NCBI GenBank assembly: GCA_012295275.1
Contig: CM022665.1
Span: forward strand, 45,198,001 to 45,262,000
Direction: 5' to 3'
DNA: 64,000 nucleotides
Source: Chrysomallon squamiferum
Taxonomy: Eukaryota > Animalia > Mollusca
Made by a program: the position numbers and the translations under genes. Below the pieces are notes generated by a model, which saw only the letters and a program-made list of their open reading frames with translations, made no database searches and was not told the origin of the DNA. This document shows positions 1 to 12,874 of the stretch, in pieces (positions within the stretch are counted from its first letter, which is position 1; each line of letters begins with the position of its first letter).

Positions 1-104
1 ATATTTTATGGTTTTGATTTACACAGGAGTGGACCAAATGTCCTGGTTACAACACATGACACAATCAGGCCTCTTTAGGGTGCCTCTTGTTCCTCACAGC
101 TAAT

Positions 105-222
105 TATATAAAGGCCACTGTGCATATTCCTGTCTCTGGGAAAGTATATATAAAAAATTCCTTGCTGCTAGTTGATTGAAATAGCCAACATAGTGACGAC
201 AGCAGATTCGCTTTCTCAAATA
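105..222 (+). mobile_element. Degraded fragment of a dispersed (SINE-like) repeat family
   Basis: CTGTCTCTGGGAAAGTATATATAAAAAATTCCTTGCTGCTAGT resembles the reverse complement of about 47183-47226 and also 57870-57930. Judged by eye only. Confidence 0.4.
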
Positions 223-342
223 ATCATTATTCAAAGAAAAAAAAAAAAGAAAAAAGGGCTTTTTAAAAAAACAGTATTTCATTCATTCATGATTATTTAA
301 GTAGATAATGGTAATAAAAATGAGTAATCCAACTGTTTTCAG

Positions 343-1924
343 GTTTGTCACGCTAATCCAGCTGAGCGTGCCCGCTTCATCCGCTGTATTTACAATCTGC
401 TGAATTCATCGAGTCCAGCTGTGCGCTACGAGGCTGCAGGGACTCTTGTAACTCTGTCCAATGCACCCACTGCCATCAAGGTAAGTAAGATGAGTCTGCA
501 CTTCTGTAAAAAAACCTGATCCATCCTAGCGAATGGTTGATTAGAATACGAAAAGTGACAGTGACGGAATCATCAAAAAAGTATCTAAGAAGTAGAAAGG
601 GTTTGGTAGAAAATGGAAAGAAAAAAATGTGTTTGGCATTGGCAAAACAGTAGAAGTGTTTATATATATAGTATGGTTAAATAAGTAGATGAGACATGGT
701 TTTGTGTGGTTAATAAAATAAGTAGAAAAGTCTATAGCATTGGTAAAACAAATAGAAAAGTGCATAGAATTGATAAAACAAATAGAAAAGTATAGCATTG
801 GTAAAACAAATAGAAAAGTATATAGAATTGGATAAACAAATAGTAAAGTACAGCATTGATAAAACAAATAGAAAAGTATATAGAATTGGATAAACAAATA
901 GTAAAGTACAGCATTGGTAAAACAAATAGAAAAGTATATAGAATTGGATAAACAAATAGTAAAGTACAGCATTGGTAAAACAAATAGAAAAGTATATAGA
1001 ATTGGATAAACAAATAGTAAAGTACAGCATTGGTAAAACAAATAGAAAAGTATATAGAATTGGATAAACAAATAGTAAAGTACAGCATTGGTAAAACAAA
1101 TAGAAAAGTATAACATTGGTAAAACAAAAAGGAAAGTACATGAAATACATAAAACAAACAGAGAAGTGCATATCACTGGTAAAACAAAAAGAAAAGTATA
1201 GAAAATACATAAAACAAGTCAAAAAGGATATGGCATTGGTAAAACAGATAGAAATGTGGTTATGTTTCTTTTTGTCAATAATGTAGTATATTTCATGTGT
1301 AAAATAAAAAAAAAATTTTTTTTTTTTTTTTTTTATAAATCACAGTGTTTTAATAATTTTGGGGTTTTGGGAAAATAATCTGTGGTTGATAAGACAAGCA
1401 GAAAAATGTACAGTTTTGGTGTTTTTACACTGCGATGTTTATCTCTGTGTTGATTTGAAATACAGATGTTTGTGATTTTATCCATTATTTTAACAGGCAG
1501 CAGCAACCTGTTACATTGAGCTGATTGTAAAGGAGAGTGACAACAATGTCAAGCTGATTGTGCTTGATAGGCTTATTTCTCTGAAAGAGGTGCCAGCCCA
1601 TGAAAAAGTTCTACAGGTATGTTCTTTGTAATCCTTCATTCACTTCACTGTGTTTGACAACATTCTTTTTCTAACACGGGGCCAGCTTTGATGGCTTTTC
1701 TAATCATATTTATTTGATAATTAAACTGAACTTTTCTGTTAAGTTGTTCCCAAAATGGAAGTACTGTTATTGTTGCTGGTTAATATATATAGAAGCATAT
1801 CTTTCCTTTTTTTTTTATAATATAAGGAAGTTATTATTATTGTGCTTATAAAAAAATATATTTCCATTGTACTTGTTTAAAAATCTTGAAAATCTTAGTT
1901 TTGTCCAAACTGAAGATTATTATT

Positions 1925-1956
<32 letters not shown>

Positions 1957-2227
1957 TATTTTTTTTTTTTTTTACTTTTTTTACCAATAGAAAAAATGTC
2001 TGTCTGAATTTCCAAAAAAGATGTTATGTTTTAAAATATTGAGAACAAGTTTTGCTCAAAATTGTCATATTTGCTAATTAACAAATGCAACCCATGTTGT
2101 GTATTTCTTATAAATTTATTTTTGTGCAAGGGTGTCATTAACTATAAATAAACAAATAAATAAATAAATTCTTTTAAATTGCTTTCTAAGATATCATTAG
2201 ATAAATATTTATTATTAATTATTATTA

Positions 2228-2265
<38 letters not shown>

Positions 2266-5200
2266 TCATCTATATATTTTCCTGTTAAGGAACTTGTGAT
2301 GGATATTCTGCGAGTTTTGGGTGCCCCTGACCTGGAAGTCCGCAAAAAGACACTAACTCTAGCCCTGGACTTGGTTACGTCAAGGAATATAGAAGAGGTA
2401 TGAATAGTTTAATACAAAATTTTTAGAGGTTAGATTTCAATGTGTAAATTCTTACATTTTCATTTATTGAGCAAGGAGGGTTCACAAGTATATGTGCTAT
2501 CTGGACTTTAATTCAGCTTTATTTTTATTAAATAATATTTATTTCTAAAACATTTCTTTTTCTGATAGTAGACCAAACATTTCTGTGAATGATATTTTCA
2601 GATTAAACCTTTTATATCTGTCGTACCTGGAAACCCAGAAAGAAAATGATAACCCTTTACCAGTTCATCAACAACTTATAATTAATGATTTGCATTTTGT
2701 AAAAATTTGTTTTCAGATGGTCTTGGTTTTGAAAAAAGAAGTAGTCAACACCAACAATGTCGAACATGAAGACACTGGCAAGTATCGACAGCTGCTTGTT
2801 CGAACACTTCACCAGTGCAGTGTGAAATTTCCTACTGTTGCCCCAGCCATTATACCAGTGGTAAGTAAAACGACAACCAGCTTGAATTTTTATTTCTATA
2901 TTTTTATTTATTTATTTATTATATAACAAACTGGCTGGCTGTGCTGGCTAGATGTTTAAAAATCAGTTCCGACAGCCAATAATCAGAGTATAATGAGATC
3001 TAATACTGAGTAACTGATATTTAAATCATTCTTACATTTGTTGGGTACAGGTTAAAGCTTTCATTTTTTTTCTTACATTACAATTGGTGTGGTGTTCTGT
3101 TCTGTGTGTAAGAAAGTGTTTAAGAATCACTTTGAATGGTTCTAGCAGCTTTCCACTTTCATACATTATTACTGGAAAAAAGATAAATGAACACATATCA
3201 ACCATTAATTATATAACTGTGATATTTCACGTTTCATAACAATTTACAAATTTTCTGTTTTAAATTTTAAACAGATTTTGTTGACTCGATCATTTACATT
3301 TGTCATGATACTTAACAGCATACGTATTTTGTGCACAGACATAGTTAAACTGTTCATTTTGCCTGTCATGCTAATTAATGACGGTGACTATCTTTATGTG
3401 TGATAGTGTACAATCTGAGGTGTCCTATTTAAAACTGTTTATGCAGCTGATGGAGTTTCTGGGTGACCAGAATGAACTAGCGGCAGCTGACGTCCTGGTG
3501 TTTGTCCGCGAGGCCATCCAGCGATTCGAACAGCTCCGAACTCTCGTCATCTCCAAGTTGCTGGAGGTTTTCCCAACCATCAGATCAATGAAGTTAGTAA
3601 AAAAAAAAAAAAAATCCAGTTTTCAAACAGAACACTGAAAGAAATTGATAAGAATCTCTATTTACTGTACAATACACTGACAAAGAAATGTAATAATTAA
3701 AGATATTTTTTGATTTAATTTTAACAATGAATTTATTAAATGAAATAATCAGTTATGTATAAATTTAAATTGTTTTTGTTGATTTTAGCTTGCTTTTTTA
3801 TCTTTTTTTTTTTTTTTTTGTAAACACACATATGTACACAGAGGTAATTATTTCACTTCAAATTGTTTCTGTTGCTAGGATACACCGAGCAGCCATGTGG
3901 ATTCTTGGTGAATACTGCACATCAGTGGAGAACATTCAGCTCGTTATGACCCTCATCAGACAGTCGTTGGGAGAGGTGACTGCTTCTGTGTTATCTTCAG
4001 TTTCGGTTTACAGTTTAAATTCAAGTATTTGAATTAAAAAAATTATAAAAACAAAAATCAACTTTATTATTAGAGAATTGATGCTTTTATTCCTATTTTA
4101 TATTAATAATAATAATTATTATAATCCATAGCTTTTTACTGCTTAATTTGTAATGTTGCTTGTAACTTTTAGGTAACACCAGAATGTGTTTATTTTTATT
4201 CTTGTTTCCATTATTAATATTGTTAATATTTAATCATCTGCATTTTCAGTGTGGTCTTGTCTTGTTTTTATTGTTGTTGCTGTTACGTTTTGGATTATAA
4301 GTAATATAATTTGTGTTTATTGTACCTACATATTTTAAATTGAGTTTCAGTCACTTTGTTGTTACAGCTAATGCTCTTGATTGTTTATTTTGTATCTTAA
4401 TGATTGTATAGTGGCTTGAGTGTTAAAGTTTCCATTTTAATATCTCTGCAGATTCCAATTGTTGATGATGAAATCAAGAAGGCAGCCGGGGATGTTAAGG
4501 AAGATGGTAAGGAGCAAAAAAAATTTTAATTTTAATTTAAAAAAATGTCTCAATGGTCTGAAAACAAAAGCTTATTTTTAATCAGCGTTCTTATTAGATT
4601 TGTGAAAAAAAATCTCAGATTTCACAAACAGTAATAGTGTGACACAAGTTACTGGGTTGGAACAAATGTTTATAGTGTTTGTTTTTTTAAGTGAAATTTA
4701 CAGTGAGGCAGTATTTAGATATTTATACATAGATTTATTGAGCCACATGTGTGTCTTTGAGTTCATCTCAGAATGTGTATATTTATATATATATATATAT
4801 ATGTGTGTGAAATAGTTCAGTCACATGTAAAACAAAATCACATGGTCAAATGCCACCTACAGAAAAAATGCTAGCCCAGTTATAATTCTATATTGCTGAT
4901 GTCACTGTTTTCAGAAATGCAGGCTGGGGGTGCTGTACAGAGGCTGGTGACTGCTGATGGGACATACGCCACTCAGAGTGCTTTTATAACATCTATTCCA
5001 ACCAAGAAGGAAGAAAGGTACACTGACAGTTTGTGTGTTCAGATTAATTTTAATTAATATTACACTACTTTTGAATGCTATGCTGTTTCTGAAGTTTATT
5101 TAAAACCTATATTTTTATTATTATTATTCAAAATTGATTTAAATGTAGATGTTTTATACCAAATAATGTTCTTTGTTTTTTGTTTTTCATTATTTCTTAA

Positions 5201-8200
5201 CATAAAGTTTCAAAAACAAAAAAAATAACAAAGTGAATATTTTTTTACATGACATTATAATAGTAAAAAAAATATATTTCAAAATAGAATAGTTATTTCA
5301 TTTTGGAGTAACCATTTTGAAATTTTGTGCCTGTTTGTGGGGTTTTTTGTGTCTTTTTTTTGTGTGTTTTCTTTTTAATAAATCCTAATTTTTCGATTCT
5401 TAAAAAATATTTTTTCTTTTTGTTTTAGGCCGTCACTACGTCAGTATCTGCTTGACGGGGAATTCTTCATTGGTGCAGCACTAGCCACCACACTGACTAA
5501 ACTAGCTCTCAGATACACCAGCCTTGTTAAGGACCCCAAGAAACAAAATGTAAAACTCTTAACCATGATCATCGCACAGTATATTTACTTTAGTTACTAG
5601 TTATTTATTTATCCTTTGTTTCACCCTGATAAAGAACACAGGAGTAATTTTTTTCTTCTTGTTCTTATTGGGACAGTTCATCACAGAAACTAAATCTCAC
5701 TCTTCAGTTACAATGAGTTTTTGGATCAGTCCTTCTTTATTGAACTCATTAAACTGTTTTTTCCAATCCAGCCAGTGATCCACATCTGGTTTATCCAAGG
5801 CTCTAGATAATGTATTTTTTATGTATAAACTGCCTGTTTAAATTTATTTGGTTTTTGGGGTTTGGGGTATTAAATTAAAAGCACATGACTTTTGAATTCA
5901 AATATCTTTTTTTTTCTTTTTTCCAGGCTTTTGTAGCTGAGGCAATGCTTATTATGGCAACCATCATCCATCTTGGAAAATCAGGTTTACCTTCCAAGGT
6001 ATATTTAAAATTTTACTAGTTTGAATATTGTTTATTTGCATTTTTCAGTATTGTTGTATTTTTTTGCTTTTTTTTTTTTTTTAATTTTATTAAATTTTCA
6101 CAGAAATATATTTTCTCTTGCATGTAAAAAGTTAAAAAAAAATATTCTGATAAATATTTTATAAATAAAAAAAAGAAATTCTTAAATAATTTTTTTTTTT
6201 AACTACATACATTTTTTAAAATATATTTCTGCTCTTCTTTTACAAGCCTTTAACTGACGATGATCTGGATCGCATTGCTGTGTGTCTGCGAGTGCTGGCT
6301 GAAAAAACTGACTTGATGCATGATATTTTTAACTCGGACTGTCGCAGCTCGTTGTCCCTCATGTTGGCTGCCAAAATAGACGAGGAGAAGGCCCAGCAGG
6401 AGGTGAGTTACGTTGTTACAACGAAGTGCTGAAATGTCTTCATTATAATGCATCATGTTCCCATCAGTTTCCTCTGGCATCTCAACCCATTGAGGCTTCA
6501 ACACGTAATAATCCATAATCAACTAAATTAATGTTACGACTTCGGTACAGAATATTCCATACTCAGGATTTCTGCTTAAAAATATCTGCCAGTCAGCTAA
6601 GCAGATGAGCCCTTCTGTCATTCCGTAATAGGGAAACAAATGAAATTATTAACTGACTGGTGCAATTACACTACAGAAGCCTTGTTTTTATTCAGAAAAT
6701 TTAAGTATAAAAGGGTTGAAAGATATGAGCTATGCTTTCTTGTCCTTGAAAAAAATGTAGATGAAAAAATGTACATGGAAAATACTTTTTCGTTGATAAG
6801 TAACTGTAGTACATGAATGAATGGTTGGTTAATGGGTCCAAACAGCTTTGTGTAAGGGTATCTGATTAGAAGAAATAATTTATATGCATTAATTTTTTTA
6901 TTCTAATAAATAAGTTAATCGTAAAACATAATATTATTATCCCTATTTAACCAATAAGTGAAGCTTTATTTATGCTAGAGAGTAAAGTAAATTTACATTA
7001 ATTCGTTAAAAGGCTGCTGTCAGTGTTATGTAATTTAAAGTTTTGGCTGTTAAGAATAAATTAAGAATTAGAATGTATAAATTACTATTATTATTATTAT
7101 TATTTGGTTTTAATAACAGGCTGCACAAAAGAAGGTTGTACGGGTTCAAGCTGATGATCCCATCAATTTCTCTCAGCTGTTCAACAGAGCTGACCTGGGA
7201 CTTGGAGAGGCAAGTTTGTGTATTGTCATAGTTTACTTTCAGTTTTATAGGAAAATCTCTGCAGTACTGTTGTATGTGTTACCAGTATGTAATCTGTATT
7301 TTCTGAAATTCATATATTCTATACATTATTTAGTATTATTTTTGTGTATCTATTATGTATTATTATAATTTTTTTTTAATACAAAGACTCATGTAGTTGT
7401 CACTGTTTTTCTAAAGTACGTACATAAATATATTCTAAATATTTTCCATCTCTTACATTCTTTAATTTTTTTAACTGTTTCCTTATTTTTGTTATTATTT
7501 TAATAATTATTAGTTGTCATTTTAAATAAATTAATATTTTAATACTGTTTATGTCTTTGTTGGGTGACATTGTCCATATTCTTAGTCTGTTGGTTTAAAT
7601 TATTTAAATTTTGTTTATTTCAGAATCTGTTTGAACTGACTTTGTCACAGGCTCTTGGTATGACAGCCAAGAAGGAGACTGATCCTTTAGGAGCATCCAA
7701 GCTGAACAAGGTAAAACTTTTGTTTCTGCAGGAGAAAACTATCCTGAAAATATAAAGGCATTACATAAATAACAAATTTTGGTTTTGGTTTTTTTTTTTA
7801 TGTACTATGAAATAAAGAAAACAAAGATAATAAAAATTTTAAATATCTGACTATATTACCTATTAACAAATTATCTTGTTTTGACAGATAATAACTTTTT
7901 TTAAACAAAGAGAAACTATTCAGTAACATTTTTTGTTTTCATTAATCTGATTTATATGAAAATTCCATTACAAATTTGACTCTGTGTGATAAAAAGAACC
8001 CCATTATTTTATTTCTTTAATATGCTAATACAATATGTTCGTTGTTACTGACCTTTGTTTTAGGTAACTCAACTGACAGGATTTTCAGATCCTGTATATG
8101 CAGAGGCCTATGTCAACGTCAACCAGTATGACATTGTTTTGGATGTTCTCATCGTAAACCAGACATCTGACACACTTCAGAATCTTACCCTTGAACTGGC

Positions 8201-9838
8201 TACACTTGGTATGTTTAAACAAAAACATATATCATTTATTTTAGAATTCATATCTTGACTTTTGTATGACATCTAAGACCTGAAGTTTTTTTTTTTTGAA
8301 ATGTCATTCATTCAGTGGTTAATTTTCCTTCGGATTTGTCTATTAAACTGACAACTGACAGGAAACTGGTTGTTGGCATTGTAATCAGTTTGAAAAATTA
8401 ATATTTAATGCACCTGATTGGACTATAAAATGTTTTTCAGTCTTATTAATGTAATTGTAAATATCTGAAATGCATACCATTTGATTGACACCAATGCAGT
8501 AATTTGTAAGAGTGTAAATTGATCAATTTAAGGCTTAATAAAATTGTTTTTAAAAACATATTCTTGAACCAAATAGTTTTTAAAATAATTTTTTTTAATA
8601 TGTTGATGAAAAGTGTGATGAAAATTGAAGTAAGTCACATAGAAGTATATGTTAATTTTACCTATTTACAAATATAATACTACACTTGAAATGAATTTCA
8701 TTTTTAGGGGGGGGTGAGGATATTTTAAATAATTTAAATTTTAGTTATATAAGAAAGCTGAATGTTCATTTTATCATTGATTTTCATTTAAAAAAAATTT
8801 TTTTTTAATTGCAGGTGACTTAAAGTTAGTTGAGAAGCCACAGCCCTTAACTATGGCCCCACATGACTTCTGCAACATTAAAGCAAATGTGAAGGTGGCA
8901 TCAACCGAGAATGGAATAATTTTTGGCAATATAGGTTTTTGAAAAATAGCTATTTCATTTGTTTGTTGAGTTGAGGGTTCATTCAGCATTGTTTTAGATG
9001 TAGAAAGTTAGTTTTATGCATTTTGTTACTGTCACAGCACTGTTATTATTATGTGTGTTTATATGTGTAATTTTATATATTTATATATTTTTATATATTT
9101 ATTTATTTATTTATATATATATTTATTTGTTTATATTTACATGTTTGTTTATATTTAAATAGATTTATTTATATATATAGATTTATTTATAATTATATAG
9201 GTTTATTTATAGATTTATATTTATATAGGTTTATTTATATATATGTATATATATGTATATGTCCCTTTTTTGTGCAGTTTATGATGTAACTGGTGCAGCC
9301 AGTGATCGCAACTGTGTCGTCCTCAACGACATCCACATTGACATCATGGACTACATAGTGGCTGGCAACTGCACTGACACGGAGTTCCGCCAGATGTGGG
9401 CGGAGTTCGAGTGGGAGAACAAGGTGGCCGTCAACACGAACATCTACGACTTGTACCAGTTCCTAGAGCACGTCATGAAAACCACCAACATGAAGTGCCT
9501 CACTCCAGAGAAGGTATCCATACCAAATGCAAGTCAAGTACTTTTCTAAGCACCGTTCAGTTTTTTTTTTTTTTTCACTTCAGCATGTTCCTTCCTTAGA
9601 AAAGACCTTTTCATTTCTTTAAAAAAAAAATTCCTTTTTTTTTTTTTTTTGATCCTTTGTCCATTTTCTGGTATATCCATGGTAAATGTGTAGAAAAGCT
9701 GTGTTTTTTGTTGGGTTTTTTTTCACAAATGCAAATGTATTTTTCCATTTCCTGCCATTTGATTTCATTCCCACTGGTGTGTTATTCATGACTATAGTCA
9801 TAGTCTTTCATAAAAACCATAAGACTGAATATTTATGG

Positions 9839-9869
<31 letters not shown>

Positions 9870-11449
9870 CGTGAGGTCTTTTATAAATGCAAATTCAGAG
9901 TTGATTGAGTAGTTTGTGTTATTTTTCAAACAGCCTATTCACTCATGTGGAAAGGAAATTGTTCCCAAAAATGTCAGAGAGAATGATTTCTTCTTTATGG
10001 GAAATTGCACACAAAATGAATCCTTGCACATAAATGATAAGAGCAGTTCTTTTTTTTTTTTTTTTTTTTTATCACAAATTTCTTCATAATAAAGGGAAAC
10101 GAGATCATGTAATGTTTACATCTGGTAATTGTAAATATTAAAATTATTTGAGGTAATTTTGGTTCATTCATTTAAACTGATTGAATACCAAACTTTGACA
10201 AAGAAATGAAAATATTGTATATTTTATTGTCTTTCCTGGTTTTTATTGTATTTTAATTTGTGTTGTTTTTATTTATTGTTGTTTTATTGTTGACTTTTTT
10301 GTTCATTTGCTATGACATTTTGGATATCTTTTATCAAAAAATGTTTAATCATTATTGATTTTTAAAAACTATTTAATCATTTACCCTGGCCTACATTTAA
10401 TTTGGCTTAGTGCAATAATTATTTTTAAATAATTGGGGTTATTTTTGGAAATTGCCACTGGCACTGAACAATTCCGATTCATTAAAAATCTTGCCTGAAG
10501 TAATTGTTAGCAGTCATAAACGGTGCTTTACAAGTGCTTGCTTTCTTTCTGTTTAATATATATATATAAGAAATAAATAATGATGAATAAACATCAAAAA
10601 TGTGTAATTTCAGTTTACTGTTTTAATAAATTTATTGCTTCTTTCTTGAGTAAAACTGAGCTGCTTTGACAAAACAATAAATGAATAAATTCAAGAAGCA
10701 TTTTTAAAATTATTATTTAACTTGTTCTTTTGTATTTTTGTAAATTGTCATTATTTTTTAACTGGATTGCTTTTGATTTCTTCTTGTGTTTTGTTTTGAC
10801 TTATTTGTTGTTGTTTTTTGTTTTTTTCTTTGTGTTTGTTTTTTTAATAATTGAGTTATTTAATGTAAATGTTTGTTGCCAGGCTATTTCAGGAGACTGT
10901 GGTTTCATGGCTGCCAACCTCTATGCTAGATCTATCTTTGGAGAAGATGTACTGGCCAATCTAAGTATTGAGAAGCCAGCTCATTTAGGTAAAGATGCCC
11001 CAGTACAAGGCCATATCAGAATCAGAGCTAAGAGCCAGGTTTGTATTTACACTGATTTTTTATTTGAATTTAGAAAAATTAAATACATTATTCTGATCAC
11101 AGATGTAGATTAGGAAAGAGCTGTAGATTTATATTTTTATTAATGTTCTATCAAAATTTAAAAAAAAACCCCAAAAAAACCCCATTAAATTAAATACATT
11201 ATTCAGTATAATTGAATTTAAGTAGATATCTTGTCATCCGCAGATGAAAATATTCTGGGAGGAAGGATTATTTCATATCTGTAATTTAGTTCATGGTTGA
11301 AATTAAAAATGCATAGCTGTGACAATATGCATACAAATATTTTACTGTGTTATTACATTTAAAAAAAATTTTATTTTATTTTTCAGGGTATGGCTCTCAG
11401 TATGGGAGACAAAATCAATCTGTCTCAGAAGAAATCAGGCAAACACTAA
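343..11449 (+). CDS. COPB1: Coatomer subunit beta (COPI beta-COP), 3' portion; the 5' exons lie upstream of the window
   Basis: 18 phase-consistent exons: 343-480, 1497-1616, 2290-2397, 2717-2860, 3447-3592, 3879-3975, 4452-4506, 4915-5017, 5429-5549, 5927-5998, 6247-6402, 7120-7209 (GC donor), 7624-7710, 8064-8208, 8815-8934, 9278-9513, 10883-11038, 11387-11449. Peptides [66 protein letters not shown] and [20 protein letters not shown] are hallmark beta-COP sequences. Confidence 0.97.
680..1250. repeat. Intronic minisatellite with a 58-bp dimeric unit built from ~28-30 bp monomers
   Basis: GCATTGGTAAAACAAATAGAAAAGTATATAGAATTGGATAAACAAATAGTAAAGTACA recurs at 911, 969 and 1027, with degenerate monomers on both flanks. 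It explains the spurious ORFs at 541-1222. Confidence 0.92.
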
Positions 11450-11954
11450 AACAAATAAATCAGAAATTTATACAGAACTTTAACTTGAAGGATAGGATAT
11501 TATAATAGGTTTTAAAAATGGACTTTGTAATGTTATTATTATTATTATTATTTTAAAGACACAGTGAGGTATTACCCACAAATTTGTAAACAAGAACTGT
11601 GACATTTGTTTCAGCAAACATGATTCTGCAGTGTATTTTTCTGAATAAAAATTGACTTTGTCTTTTTACAATGGTATATTCATTTCAAGAATTCAAAATA
11701 TTGTTAATGTTGTTCGTTAGGATTTGGCTTTTTCTCTGACATTTACATTAAATTTTTCTATGTGGATTAAGGTATTATATTTTAACAAGATTTCAGAGAT
11801 ATTTGTGTTATAAATAAACCTACCAATTAAGAGAATTTGTATTTAGTAACCTTCAGTTACTATAATTAAAAACATAATAAATTTAAAAAAAGCACTTTGT
11901 TAACCTTAAAAATGTGTAATTGTATAATTTAGCTTTTTGTCCATGTTAAGAGGA

Positions 11955-12015
11955 AATAAAAGAACAGTTATTGTGTGTGTGTTGTTTTGTTTTTCTTTGT
12001 TTTTTTTTTTTTTTA
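11955..12015 (+). terminator. Likely COPB1 polyadenylation signal
   Basis: AATAAA at 11955-11960 is followed by a GT/T-rich downstream element (GTTATTGTGTGTGTGTTGTTTTG). Other AATAAA copies lie at about 11454, 11644 and 11813. Confidence 0.5.
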
Positions 12016-12840
12016 AAATTTAGGATGACTAAGCCTGTTAATAAACCATTATACTGATTATAGATTGTCTTGTTTGTTTGTCCTGCTTGTTTGTTTATCC
12101 TTCATCATACCACAGTTCAGTGGCTTGTACATCAAAGCAGAGGTATATGCAAGTTAATGGTGAAAATGCATTGTAGTTCTGTAATTAAAAACCATTAAGC
12201 ACTGGCTAATGAAAAGTTGTTAAATGGAGCTTAAGATGAGCCTTTTTCATGAGTCCAATATTTGTAAAAAAAGGTATCAGAATTTAAAAACAAACAGAAA
12301 ACAGAACAACTCGTATCACTATAAACTGATTTGTTTATTATGTTGAGTGAATTTATACTGTTTTTGAAATATATAAAAATATACAAGCTACAAACTGTAT
12401 TTTATTATATCTTATTTGCACCGTATCGTATATATCACTGATATATCAAAATGTAATTTTTTAACATGGCCAGATACAAAGTATTTGAAATAAGAAAAAA
12501 AAATAATAATAATAATAGAAACAAGCTGACTAGCATACTGACACATTTTATACCTGCTTACATTTCCAAAACTACCGACAAATATATTTTGTAATAATAT
12601 TTTACTAATATTAATTTTGTTATAATAAATGTAATCATTTTTACATTTTGATAAATATAATAGATAAACCATAAAATTAAACCCAACATGCCAGTACATG
12701 AGTAATATGACTAAATGATTTATATTTGTTTATATGTCAGATATATTGTACAAATTCAAAGTGGAGAATTATATGAGTGAAATTTTGGTCTCATCTTAAC
12801 TTGCAGATTCTTAGTTGTTTCTTTCAATTATTTTTTTATA

Positions 12841-12874
<34 letters not shown>

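Noticed and set aside
541-1222. Three long overlapping minus-strand ORFs (141-211 aa)
   Set aside because: They come from a stop-free strand of the 58-bp minisatellite inside a COPB1 intron.
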